Assembly (NCBI GenBank): GCA_038496445.1
Contig: JALMLS010000253.1
Span: 62,001 to 126,000 of the forward strand
Length of the DNA stretch: 64,000 bases
Direction of reading: 5' to 3'
Source of the DNA: Trichosphaerium sp. ATCC 40318
Taxonomy: Eukaryota > Protista > Tubulinea
Below the pieces are notes generated by a model, which worked only from the letters and a program-made list of their open reading frames with translations, did not search any database and was not told the origin of the DNA. Shown here in pieces: positions 1 to 12,400 of this stretch (positions are counted from its first letter, which is position 1; each line of letters starts with the position of its first letter). The position numbers were made by a program, and so were the translations under genes.

Positions 1-730
1 GCCTGTTCTTGATCCAAGCGATCTCCTTGGTGCATCAAGACGAACCGTAAATCAGTCAGTTGCATTTTACCTTTATGGGTACGTTAGAGATCATTAAACG
101 AAGAAAACGATGAAAAACGCGAAAACTACAAAAAAATAAAATGAAGCATTACCCGATCCGTCCTTGTCGAATACTTTAAATGCCTCTATCGGTGACAGTA
201 TTAGAAATGATTATAATGGTATTTCGAGCTATGAATTTCTTTTTGGTTTGAAATTTTGACAAAATGACGCCAAGTGGTACCTAGTACGTCATCTTTGGTA
301 TTTTCTCTAACCATTGTGGATGCCATTTTGTCCAAAAATTGATTGAAGGAAAGCGAACCACCTATAGCGCGTTAACGAGTTAGTGTTCGTGTTTGAATTG
401 GTATAGTTACCTTGTTGGGTGAGCTGTTGTTGAAGTTCCATTGGGGAGAGGTTTTGGCCAAGTGCTCGCATTAACGCACCGTATTTATTAATGTCATTAA
501 CAAGAACCGCTAGGTACAGGGTGTTAGCGTTTTTTTTACAAATTTTTGTAGTTATAAAATAATTGGGGTCTTTTTTTATAGCGTGGGCATGATAAATAAG
601 CACTAACCTGTATTGCCAACTGATCCAGTCCAAATATCAGTAAAGTCTTGCTTTATGTCAGCCTCCAAATTACCCTAGCACATTAAGAAAGTGTAAAAAA
701 TCAATGGTAAAACTGCTATCGTACAGCCAT
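1..730 (-). CDS. Calmodulin-like / myosin light chain EF-hand protein (3' end runs off the window)
   Basis: Spliced model: MA|GNLEADIKQDFTDIWTGSVGNT|AVLVNDINKYGALMRALGQNLSPMELQQQLTQQ|GGSLSFNQFLDKMASTMVRENTKDDVL|EAFKVFDKDGS|GKMQLTDLRFVLMHQGDRLDQEQA. The MRALGQN and EAFKVFDKDGSG motifs are CaM/MLC hallmarks. GT-AG phases are consistent. Confidence 0.85.
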
Positions 731-821
731 TGTGATTAAACAGAATTTTGTATTGAATTGTGGAGAAAACGTTCAAGTGTTTTGTAAAAAAAGTCAACAC
801 CACATTTGCACGCGTCAAAGA

Positions 822-2408
822 ATGGAACTACCAACAGAAGTGACTTTACAAGTGTTTTTATCTTTGGACATAGAATCCTTGATTGCGTGCAGTTTTGTAT
901 GTAGGAGTACGCATAAATAACATGTCATGATGCCCTACGGTGCTAACAATAGAAGTTTGGAGTACTATTTCCCGTGATAACCACGTTTGGTACCAACAAT
1001 GTAAAGTAGTCGGCGTGTACGCTTTTAACGCGTAAAAAACAACGTTTAACATACTTCTCTACCAGATTAAGCGATGACGCTGTCAAAATGAATCACAACG
1101 TATCCTACAAGGAAGAGTACAAGGTCAATTACGCTTTAAACTCATTATTGTAAACTAATTATTTAAATAGTTTTATAGTCGCCCAAAGTATGGCATAGTA
1201 GTATTAGATGGTCACCAGTTGCAATGTATAGGGATTACAAGGGATAAAGCGAGAGTAAGTGTTAGTTTAAGAAATAAATTAAATAAAATTCAACAAAACT
1301 TTCAGGTTGTTGCAAGTCTCGTTATCGATCTTCCTTTAATCGATTTTCGGAACCTAACAGGTACCCTCAAGCTTACTACATTGCTTTGAGTATAAATTTG
1401 ATGAATGTTAACGAATATTAGATGCTTCTCTGCTAGTAGAACTGGATGATTACTTCACACAAGCAGTTGCTTTAATAAATAAAGTTTTTAGTAGTTTAAA
1501 GGTACCATTACGTATGACTTGTCCTTTTATAATTTTTATATCATCACGTGATTATATTGACATTGTTCATTTTTATTATAGCGTGTACATGGGATCTCAT
1601 CTGGAGTACATAATGTCCTATCAGTTAAAACATCTGTTGCAATTCTTGAGCGAAATATTACAAATCATAATGTGTGTATAGAAGTTGACAAAGAGGGTTA
1701 TGATGGTCTCCAATTAGTACTGACATTTTCGGTATTCAAGCGTATTAATTACATGTATAGGTTCTTGCTTCATCTAAGGTCCAAGAATTCTTACCTCCAT
1801 GGATAAAAGACGAAGTGATACAATTGAACAACTTTTTTGAATGTTATGAAAAACCTGCTCGATGTTGTTGTTTTGGCATTGAGGTATTGTCGAGGTTTTT
1901 ACAAACACTATGACCTTATTTATGTTATAATAGGATACATTAGATGCTATGAGAGAAGGTAAGCAATATAAAACAAGTGTAGTAGGAGTGTAACGTTTGT
2001 ATTAGGGAAATTAGCAACTATTCTAGTACACTGTAATATTAAGCTTACAACTGTTGTTTTGGACAATCCTGAGGGTACACTTTTTGGAGTTTTTGACAGT
2101 AGTGTTGTTATATTGACGCGCATTTAGATGCTGGAAATGGTGAAAGGAGTGTAGTACATTTGCATACTGCCTATGCTTGGAAACATATAAAAGAAGGGAA
2201 CTATGTAAGAAGAGATGAGATAACACCAATCAAGAGTCAAATGCCTTTTATTGTTTGGTTATCACGTGAAAAACAAGATAATGTTTTAATCCAAATAATC
2301 ACAGATCGTTTTAAGAATAGTAAAAAGTTTGTAACTGCTATGCACGGGATTGGTGGTATATTTAAAAGAAAAGAAGAACATATAAGAAATGAACTAACTA
2401 ATAAATGA
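822..2408 (+). CDS. F-box protein fused to eRF1-like M and C domains, lacking the N domain and GGQ (~351 aa, 11 exons)
   Basis: Exons 822-906, 956(or 953)-1016, 1066-1123, 1171-1254, 1306-1360, 1422-1501, 1582-1716, 1761-1883, 1934-1958, 2006-2074 and 2128-2408 join in frame. The N-terminus MELPTEVTLQVFLSLDIESLIACSFVCRIWSTISRDNHVW is an F-box. KYGIVVLDG..VIDLP, CCCFGIEDTLDAMREG, MPFIVWL and IITDR..KKFV..HGIGGIF align with eRF1 KFGFIVIDG..VDLP, YCFGVEDTLKALEMG, MPLLEWF and IVTDK..SQFV..GGIGGIL. Confidence 0.85.
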
Positions 2409-2720
2409 TTGCTCCAACAAGAAATAAGTAACAACGTGATATGTCTTGTATTGCTAGAGCTGAAACCCTTCCAAGAATTTTGGTGAGCATTCTTTTTAAC
2501 TGTTTTGCTTCTACATAAACAGTTTTGCAAGTAGGGATCAGGCGAATAAAGTGACCAAATAAGATCCTCAATGTGAAGATCTAAGCGATGCTCAGAACAC
2601 CAGACATACGACAATGTAATTGGTGCAGCAGATGAAAAAGCACGTGATTGATTGAACACGGACATAAGTTCAGAGAATAAAAGCTTCCTTTTACGTCATA
2701 TCCAGCAACGGCATACAGGT

Positions 2721-3200
2721 ATGAGCGCACTTCCTAAACCGCAACCAGGACAACGTAGGATAGTTGTATCTACAATAATAGATCTACCACCAAAACAAGT
2801 GTGGGCACATGCGAAAAACATGGCAGCTATAATGAAAATATGTGTTCCGCGTAATAGAGTGTGGTGGGAAAAGAAAGAAAGCGAAAAAACTCTTCACGGT
2901 AATTTAAGGTTCATAATGAAACGTAAGGAAGGTTCTCTGGACGTAACACATATTGATGAAGATGATATGACAGTATACTATAAAATCAATCCACCAGTAC
3001 TTTTCTTTGCTTATTACTTGGGTGCTCTTTCTGTTGTGCCTATAACGTCCCAAAAGAACAAATGTCTTTTATTCCTTGTTCGCAATATCTCGTACGTTGA
3101 AGGGATGGGACTTGATGTACACGAAACGTTTATAAAGGCTACAAACATGGAGTTTGCCATGATAAAAAAGGCTATCGAAGCTATGCACTCTAAATTATAG
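2721..3200 (+). CDS. SRPBCC/START-like (polyketide cyclase-like) protein with peroxisomal PTS1
   Basis: Intronless ORF. IVVSTIIDLPPKQVW resembles the SRPBCC N-terminal motif. The protein ends in -SKL*. Confidence 0.65.
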   Translation: MSALPKPQPGQRRIVVSTIIDLPPKQVWAHAKNMAAIMKICVPRNRVWWEKKESEKTLHGNLRFIMKRKEGSLDVTHIDEDDMTVYYKINPPVLFFAYYLGALSVVPITSQKNKCLLFLVRNISYVEGMGLDVHETFIKATNMEFAMIKKAIEAMHSKL

Positions 3201-3696
3201 TCAGTCAATTGTAATTTGAGCTATTGTCCTACATCAGTACAACCGATAATAGAAGAGCAAAATTGCTTACTCAAATGACCACATAATAAAGTTCGTTAGT
3301 TGGAATGGATCTGAGATTTTCTTCATTATTTTTTGTGCCAAGATACGCACGTGATACTGTCACGTTCTTGCGCGTCTATGGTATGTTGCTTAGGGTACAA
3401 GGGTGTGCTTGCGGATTAAGAAAAAAAAAGGCAGATGTGTCAGGAAAAAAGTTGTAGTCGCATATTACGCTAGTTTTGGCGCCAGACAATATTCAAGAAG
3501 ACCTCCAGACCAAAAGTGGTTCTGTCTGTTTTAAGTAGTTATTCTTGTTTGTACATTTATGTAGCGATAGTGGTAATGGGTAGTTTACACATCTACTGGT
3601 TGTTTTACAAACCTGGTAGCCATAATAGGCTGATTTGTTGAATACTAAAGAAATTTCGATAGAAAAAGACCTTAAACTTCTTATTCTTTACTAACG

Positions 3697-6102
3697 ATGC
3701 GCGTCTTTATCGTACTATGTATAATACTTCAAGTTGTTATAGCAGGGACACCTTCTGAGTGGAAACAACGCACAATTTTTCAAGTACGTTTAAAATAGGC
3801 CTACAACCCTTATAAAGCGTTTAGGTTCTTACAGATAGGTTTTCACGCTCAAATGGAGACAACAGTCCATGTGATAACCTCTCTGATTACTGTGGTGGAA
3901 CTTTTCAAGGTTTTTTTTCATAAAACTGTCTGTTAATGTGTTAATACGCTTAAGGTATCATCAACCATCTTGATTACATCACTGGTATGGGATTTGATGC
4001 GATTTGGATATCTCCAGTCGTAACAAACACTCCAAAGGGATATCATGGCTACTGGGCAAAGGTAAATAAACGTTACATCTGTGTACATTACTTTCTTGAG
4101 AAGATTATCCGCTAGTTGTGGAAGTCATGAAAACTTTTACCTCATTTCCTTTTTTTATCAAAAAAGGTTAAAACATGTTATTTAGGACTTGTACGGCATA
4201 AATCCAAACTTTGGAACACCTGATGATCTTAAAAAACTTGTACAAGCTTGCCATGCTAAGGGTGTATGGGTCATGGTTGATGTAGTAGGCAACCACGTCG
4301 GTACGAAATCAGACACTACTTTTCTTTTTTTTCTTTTTTCTCTTCCTCCTTGGTTTGAAGCACGTGGTTTTAATTTACATTAATGTAGGCGAGGTTGGAT
4401 ACAACTATGGCGGTATAAATCCGTTTAACAAATCAGAACACTATCACAGTTGTTCACCTTGTCCGTCGTCTTGCAATATTGAAAACTTTAATGATCAAAA
4501 TCAGGTACATTTACCTTCGTTGTTGGCTATGAGAACTGTTCCCATATTGGCCAAAATAAGTCATGTTATGACCTACAAGTCACGTGAGCGAATATAGCTT
4601 CGAGCCAAATATTGGTCGATACCAGTTCTCATACGATATTAATTGAACTAGAGTTTTCTTACTTGCTCACCTTCCTTTTTTTATTCAGGTGGAACTGTGT
4701 CGGTTGGCAGGTCTTCCAGATTTGAACCAAACTGTTCCTTTTGTACACGATGGTCTTGTTAACTGGATTGAATATCTAATCAAAACGTATGACCTTGATG
4801 GGCTTCGTATTGATACTATTCCTGAAGTTGCCAAAAGCTTCTGGGTTGATTTCCAAGTAAGTACTTTTCTACATTTTTTTGTTGGTTCTCCTCTCTTCGT
4901 AGCTAATGATACAAAAAAAGAAAGCTGCTGGTGTGTACGCTGTTGGTGAAGTGTTTAACGGGGATATTGAGTATGTAGCACCATACCAAGGTGAGTACCC
5001 GAGAATTTTGATTCGGAGTTTTGTTGACTTGTTCTAGATGCTATTGATGCTACATTAAGTTATCCTTTGTTTTTCACTCTACGTAACGTATTTGTCTCTA
5101 AACAATCTATGAACCAATTACAGACATCAGTGAAACAATACTCACAGAACTTTAAAGATCCAACAATTCTTGGTAAGCGAGAGAATGCCCTGAACTTAAA
5201 GTCTACTCAAGCCAGAATTTAGGCTAACTTTTCTCAAAGGTACCTTCTCTGACAACCACGACAATACCCGATTTTTACATGAGCAATCAGATGTTCAACT
5301 ATATAAAAACGCATTGACATACGTTATAATGTCCGAAGGTAAGCTTCATTTGTGTTTGAAGAACAAACATTTTTTGTTTAAAAAAGATAGCTCAATACTA
5401 AGAAAAAATCCTTGTACCTTATTTTCGTTTTGCAGGTATTCCAATCGTATACTATGGATCAGAACAAAGCTTTAACGGTGGTAATGATCCCGCTAATCGT
5501 GAGGCATTATGGACTACAAACTTTAACACAAACTCTGAGTTATACAAATTCATATCAACAGTTGTTCACACAAGGTAATAGACAAGCGCTAACGCAAGTA
5601 CCAGCGTATATTCTTACAGTATTTTTTAACAATCACATGATAACCACAAACTTGCTTTTAGCCTCTTGGCCTTTTTCAAAAAACCTTCCTACGTAGTTGT
5701 AGATACAGTCAATTTACTCTTTTTACAGGAAGGAACAAAAGATTCAAGATCAACCTCAAATACAACGTTATTCAGATGATAACTTCTACGCTTTTACACG
5801 TGGTCAAATATTTGTAGCTATGACAAACGGCGGAAGTGGTGCTTCTAAACTAGAAGTAAATATCACATACCACCCATACGCCAATGGTGTCACTTTATGC
5901 AATGTGTACGTATAGGAAAAAAACAAATCTTCTTCGTTCGGCACAAAACTATTTCAGCGAGTGCTTCCATGGACTTTTGGCATTCTGACTCCTTTTTGTT
6001 TCTTTTAGGTTCTATCCAACTGCTGATTGTGTTAAAGTACAAAACGGAGCATTCCCTGTTTACCTTGATAACGGTGAATCTAAGATATATATACCACAGT
6101 AA
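3697..6102 (+). CDS. Secreted alpha-amylase, GH13 (fungal Taka-amylase-like)
   Basis: Signal peptide [16 protein letters not shown]. Motifs: [52 protein letters not shown] (nucleophile Asp), GEVF (acid/base Glu) and FSDNHD. Multi-exon. Confidence 0.95.
4528..4633. mobile_element. MITE-like inverted-repeat element in an amylase intron
   Basis: TATGAGAACTG (4528-4538) and CAGTTCTCATA (4623-4633) form a perfect 11-bp inverted repeat with TA at both outer ends and weaker internal symmetry. The host intron is longer than most nearby introns. Confidence 0.4.
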
Positions 6103-6199
6103 AAAAAATAAATAGCACATTGCTTATAAAATAAAAGTCATTGGATTCATCAACAAACTAATAATGGCAGGTTAAATGAAACTTGTTTATTACAATTAA

Positions 6200-8590
6200 T
6201 TAACTTTCAACAGATGTAACTTTTGCTCTGTTTGTTTTACGTAATGAGTATGGTACAATTGCATGTCTCAACTTTGGAACAAAGAAAATGGTAAGAAGAC
6301 TAATGATCACCTATCACGAAGTCAGAGTTGTATCTGTGCTTTAAACTAAATAACATACCAATACAAGACCACCAAAAGTAATCCCTAGCACCACGCCAAC
6401 ATTCACTGTCTCTGTTCTGTTTCCGCATCTGTCAGGTCTTGATGCAATTACAAATATGCTATCGTAAAAAACTTGTTATTCAGATTACTCAAAAAGTAGG
6501 CATAGTCATACGATGAAGGAGTCCTGTCAAGTGTTGCGCTTAAACACACCTTCTCTGGGGGTGGAACAAGTGTAACACTACCACTTATTGTGCCAATATT
6601 ACTTCTCATTACTTCTATTCTCTTGTAATCAATTACTGTATCATTAAAAAAAGTGAAATCAATAATAAATGTAGTGTTTGGTGGTATCACAATAGATCCT
6701 ACACTTGATAAGACATCAAATTTGGAAAACTGAATCACGTGTTGTTAATACCTTCAACTTCAAGAAAGCCTCCTGGAGTAATTGTAGCAGTCCCCGAGTG
6801 GATGAAGTCTCCATCTATTACCAAAAGACTAGTTAATACAATTTTGTTTGGCAGAGTTCCTGTTGTAGGTGTGGTTGTTGGAGATACTGTCGGATCAAGT
6901 GTTGGCGATACTGTTGGGTTAACTCTTGTAGTAACTAGACAGTATCAATGTAAGAAGAAAAATAAAGGGCTTTTTTTAATCTTACCATCACAGTACTCTC
7001 CGTTGTCGCATGTAACTATTAAACTGTCAAAAACTATAAGCATGAACGCCGTTCTTACCATTGGTGTTGCACTCTCCAAAGAATGTACTACTGTAGCACT
7101 TGTGTCCACAAGTGAAATTGCTCGGTGTCAAGTCACAAGAAAATACAGTGGTGCTTTCTATACAGGATTAAAACAAGTAATTGGTCATGCTTACCGTTAC
7201 GATCATTAGCAAATCTTGTATTGCTACACAAAGGTAAGCACCAGTAATTTATATGTATAGTGTTCACCTTATTATAATGTTGGAATCAGAACCAACAAAT
7301 GAAGGAGCACTTAGAATTGCTGAAGTATTCATTCTAAACAAGTATTATAAAAGGCAAGAAAAACCAGATGTGTACATGCAAGTATTATTCTCAAACACAC
7401 TGGAATCTATAACCAACCTAGCGGAGTACACATTCACGGACTCTATTCCAAAGAATGGTTATTGCTCATAATTGCAAGTACGATAGTACGTACCCCTACA
7501 GCCGATTGCAGATGGTATGCTCACTTTGTTTCTCACAAAACTAGAGTTTGAGATTTCTGCTTCATATGAATCTAAGTATAAAATTGTAGTATCAATCAAG
7601 TTATTGTCCTCAACCAAACAAGACTCGATTACAACCTAATCGTCTTGTAAGATTGGAAAAAATAAATGTTTGATTTTGTACTCTTGTAACATTTAAATCA
7701 ATCAAATCTATGGTAGTGTTAATAGAAAAGTAACAACATAATTGGTCTTTTTGAGTACATGGCTGGAATCTAGTGTTGCTAATCTGTGAAAAAACACAGT
7801 CTTGCAAATAAGTTGTTCCAAGATCAATACGTAGCACTTCACTTACAAATGTGATAATATCTCTAAATATCACGTTTTGAAGTGTCGCTTCACTATTGTA
7901 AGGTTGTAAGAAAGTATATGCGAAGACATGAAACAGCTACTGGAACTCTTGGATTAAAATTGTTGATTGATTGGCAGTATATTTCAACTGCTCTTCTGTG
8001 TTAAATGCAAAACAACTCGATAATGTTGTACCTGCGAGCAACAATCGATAAGCGTGTATCACGTCCGGTAAATGTCATATTTCTACGTGAGTATTAACAT
8101 TACTTTAGACTTTGTTTACTCCATGTACGTAAGTGTAACATTCACATAAAAATTAACAAGATCGTGAAGACTGAAACGGCAATCTCTTATTGTAAATCCT
8201 GATAATGAGATACTGATATTATGTTTAGGACGTGGATACAACAACATCGATATGTTACAAGTGACATTTACATTATACAAACCTAAAAGCACTTAACACG
8301 TGGACAGTAGAACCAACAACTTACTATAAATATCAACGCTTTTTGTAATGAAAAAACCAGCGTAGTTACCAAAATCCAAGTTTGTTGAATTAAGAATGAG
8401 CTCTGTAGGTCCTTGCGCAAGATAGCAGCGAAGATCATTGCCACAAAAGTGTTCACTTGAAGTTATGACTAAAACATAAAATTACTATAAATCACAACGC
8501 ACTAGTAGTACTATACATACTTGTTTGGACATGAGTCATAGCGACAAATGCGACGCTCAATAACACAGCGTAGAAATAGAGCAAATCCAT
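6200..8590 (-). CDS. Type I membrane surface protein (signal peptide, probable beta-helix/pectin-lyase-like ectodomain, Pro/Thr stalk, TM, short tail)
   Basis: The N-terminus MDLLYFYAVLLSVAFVA is a signal peptide. It is followed by an Asn/Ser/Ile-rich ectodomain, PTVSPT repeats, the TM segment VGVVLGITFVV..IISLLTIFFV and the tail PKLRHAIVPYSLRKTNRAKVTSVES*. Internal exons are approximate. Confidence 0.65.
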
Positions 8591-9450
8591 AAGAATGATA
8601 ACGATATAGTGCGCACGTGATGGTATGAAGAAAACAGTTTTAAAAAATGTATAACGCAAGTAGGTGTGATCTGTTCTCATTGTTGTTCAACTGTAATGAC
8701 GACGACAACACCAATGCATGCTTCTTGATGATCATAACTTTGTGCATATTGTTTTGTTTTCGATATTGTCAAAATCAAACAATATTCTGACGCGGGTATA
8801 CAAGCACAGTGGCGTGGTACATAGTATTTATCAATATTAGATCCAAAGTACTCATAAATCCTTTTAACAGCGAAATGAAGTTATGCAGTAGTTACAATAA
8901 AAAGTGCAACATCAATAGCTAGTACCTTCTAGTAAGCACCTACTCGGTATATGAGTGCCGTAAGCAAACATTTTATGGCAGATATTTTAATATAATTGCA
9001 CGTGATTACGCAGATTCTGTGCTTGGCAAGTCAGTCTGTGTGGGCTTATCGGCAAATAACCTCATCAACTATTTTAAATTTTTATCGGTGCTAATAACAA
9101 CAAAAAAAAAACTGTACAGATAACTAGGCGTTATTGTTTTCTTGTTAAGTACAAAATAATTTCTGATTAACACCACGATATACTTGGATTCTGGAGGTAA
9201 TCGAGTACGTTTTTTTGGTTTGCACATTACGTTGGGGGTGTAGTTTTTCTGTAAGTCTTTTTTTTATTTTTTTTGTTACATGCTTTTTTATTGTTATTTT
9301 TAGCTACAGTTCAGTGTCATATATACAAAGGAAAGGGAAACTACGTCCCTGTAGGCTACTATTTTTCTACCACACTTTCTTTTTTGTTATAACTTATTCA
9401 CGTTCTAACAAATGAAAGTGGGTGAGCGATAAAAACAGCAAACCAATCTT

Positions 9451-12400
9451 CTAATAATACTCCAACAACTTGACTGCTTTTGGCTTTGTTTTCTTTCTAA
9501 TATTCACAACTATGGCGAACATATCACTACACGACTTTGAAACAGCGTGAGTAACATATTGACACCTACGACACCTCATTACAGTCCAGTCCTTCTCATA
9601 CACTACAACAAAATCAGGAACAACTCAAAATCTAAAGAGTCGAAGACCAAAAGAAGAAAAAAACCACAAACCTCACAAATACTTTTGTTTCAAAACATCT
9701 ATGTTATAGAGGTACCCATAAAATGGTATTTTAAGCTATCGAAGGGAAAAAAATTGGGGGTGGTGTAAAATAAATAGACCGTGATTTTGAAAAAAACCTG
9801 ACGTATGGACTTTTAACGTACTTGGTTTAACATTTTGTACAATGTACTCTTCAGTCTCCTCAGCGTTTATATTCACACATTCCTTTGTAGTGAATCCCCA
9901 TTTAACATGAGGTTGAGACCAGCCTTGATTAACAGCCATCTCTTCCATATAGCCACTGCACGAGACACAAGGGCAGTCAGACTCTCCGTTCTTTAAGATA
10001 AAAAAAATGAGCAATAAATCCAACAGACAACAATCAATTACCTGACAAGCACACCACATAGGATTTTGGAACTCAGTCTTATCAAAAGGCTGAAGCAATG
10101 TCCATTGAACTCCACCACGTTGACACAGACACTGGTATCTATTTTATGATTTAAGCTTAAATGAAGTTGGATGATTTTCAAAGGCGTACTGTGGTTTAGC
10201 GTCACCAGGAAGCATAGCCTTCTCAAGTACTTGACCCAATAGAATAACTTGAGGTAACAAATGAGGCGCTATAGACGCCGTGTATCGGCGTTCTTGTAAC
10301 CACACAAAGGCTTGAACGAACGAAATTTGTCTAATTGAGGAAATAAATTATTGACGATATTGAAGATACCAAAAACTCATGTGCATGCACGTGAGTTAAA
10401 ATTAATATAAACGTACTTATTTTCCATGAGAAAACTGACAACCAAAGCACTAGAGAATGACATACCATCAGAGCACACAACAAGTACCTACACGGAAGGA
10501 AAAAAAGAAGTTAATATTCAACCCAGTGGTGAAGTAGTTTCGTTCAAACGTACCTTTCCTTTCTCTTTAGCAACTGACCTTATAAATGTGAACAAGTTAT
10601 TTTCTTCTCTTGTGAAGTATCTCACAATATCAGCATCCTTATTCTCACAAGGACAATCAAGATAAACAAAATGATCTTCATAAAGATTTGGCAAGTCAGA
10701 AGCATTAACAATATGTGTAATACCTAAAGATAGAACAAAAAAGATAAGTAACACAAACTAATGATTTTTTTTGTAAAATTCCTTGAGTGTAGTACGCACC
10801 AACAGAATGCTTTAATCTCTCTTTCTCTTTTATACAAGCATGTGAACCAATATAAAGATAAGTTTCAATCTCAGATGGATGTCTTGTGAAATGATCAAGC
10901 TCCTCTTTGGCGTATTGAATGACAGGGAGAGGGGCAAGCATTTTTTTCTGTTGAAAAATTTAGTTATGATGTTCAAGCCATGCATTATATAAATATTAAC
11001 GTACAGCCTCTTGAGCTCTTCCTTTGCCTAAACTGCTATGACTAACATCAGAACCACGAAGACGTCCCATAAGAGAAGCAGTAGATGTTGCTGAAGAGTC
11101 CTCAGGATCAGAGTAGTCATACGATTCACTACCGCTATCACCCTTACGACGTAATTCCTCTTCAGATGAAGCAACTGTAGACCGCCTATTATTAAGCGCA
11201 GCCATCTAAAACAAGAATAATAAGCAAAACGAAACAAGAAACAAACATCACTCAAAAAACAAACAAGATCACAGAGCTCTCTCTGAGACAACAAAAAAAA
11301 ACAAATCAAAAAGTTTTTTGTACCCATTTGCTTCTGCCCGATAGAGAATCAGAATCTTGTGCTGATTCTTCTGAGCTACGTCTTTGACGTTGTCTAAAGG
11401 TTATGATTAATCATAAGAATGAGGGTAATAGGTACATACATCTCAGTAATGATAGTACGCTTAACATCTTTAAACTGACGTTCAACATCAAAGATAGAAG
11501 GCCTGTAGTATTGATCACGAACAAGTACAAACTCTAAGAATGGAATAATATCCTTATCATTATCAATAAGGTTCATTTTCTCCTTTGGAAGCAATTGCTA
11601 ATAGAGGAAAAAAACAATAAGAACAAAGTCCGACAACAAAAAAAAGAGAAAAAACTCTCAAATCAATTCGTACTTGGTCCTTGTCTGTGACACAAATATA
11701 GAACCGAACCCAATCCTCATCATAGAACAATAGTTCACCTGTGAGTAACTCATAAAATAGGCATCCTATAGACCACACATCACTCCGTATACCAGCACCT
11801 ACCGGTTTACGTCTATCATAATCTTCTCCTTCGATTTTACTTGCATAAGCAAGTTTTAACATCTCAGGACTCTTTATATATTCTGTGCCCTTGTTAACAA
11901 GGGTAAATCCCTCTCTAACTTCTGTGTATACAAGGGACTCTCCAAAATCTATAAAGCAAGTAAGATAAATGCAAACAAATGAAGAAAGAAACTAAAAGAA
12001 TTTCACTAAACCAAAAACGCCACGAATTCGCTTCAATGGTCCTGTGTACATACCAGCCAAACAAGGCGTAAAATTCGGAATTTCTGACTTCTGGTTGATA
12101 AGCTGTTCTCTTGTAGTATCTTTATCAATTGGCTGAATCAAAAAATTGTCAAGCTTAATGTCATAATGGTTGACCTCTAATAAAGAAGAAAAAAATTAGT
12201 CAATAAAGCAAAAAAAAAAATAAAACTACAAAAAGAGCACGTACGATTCTCAGCAAGGAAACGGCACGTTGATAAGATATTCATAAAAATATTAAGGTAT
12301 AGTATCAAGTTCTCTTTAAAAGGTTTTGTCTGCTTAAGCCTCCAATCACGAAGTGATATTGGGTATCTTTTCATTACAAGCCAATAATGATCATTATCAA

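Noticed and set aside
822-2408. Divergent eRF1 as a sign of stop-codon reassignment, or as Dom34/Pelota
   Set aside because: TAA, TAG and TGA all end conserved genes in this window. The protein has no decoding domain and no Pelota Sm-like N domain, and its C-domain motifs match eRF1.
6739-7209. Long antisense ORFs (also 32756-33232, 49130-49519 and 56478-56867)
   Set aside because: They are shadows of low-complexity or biased exons on the opposite strand.
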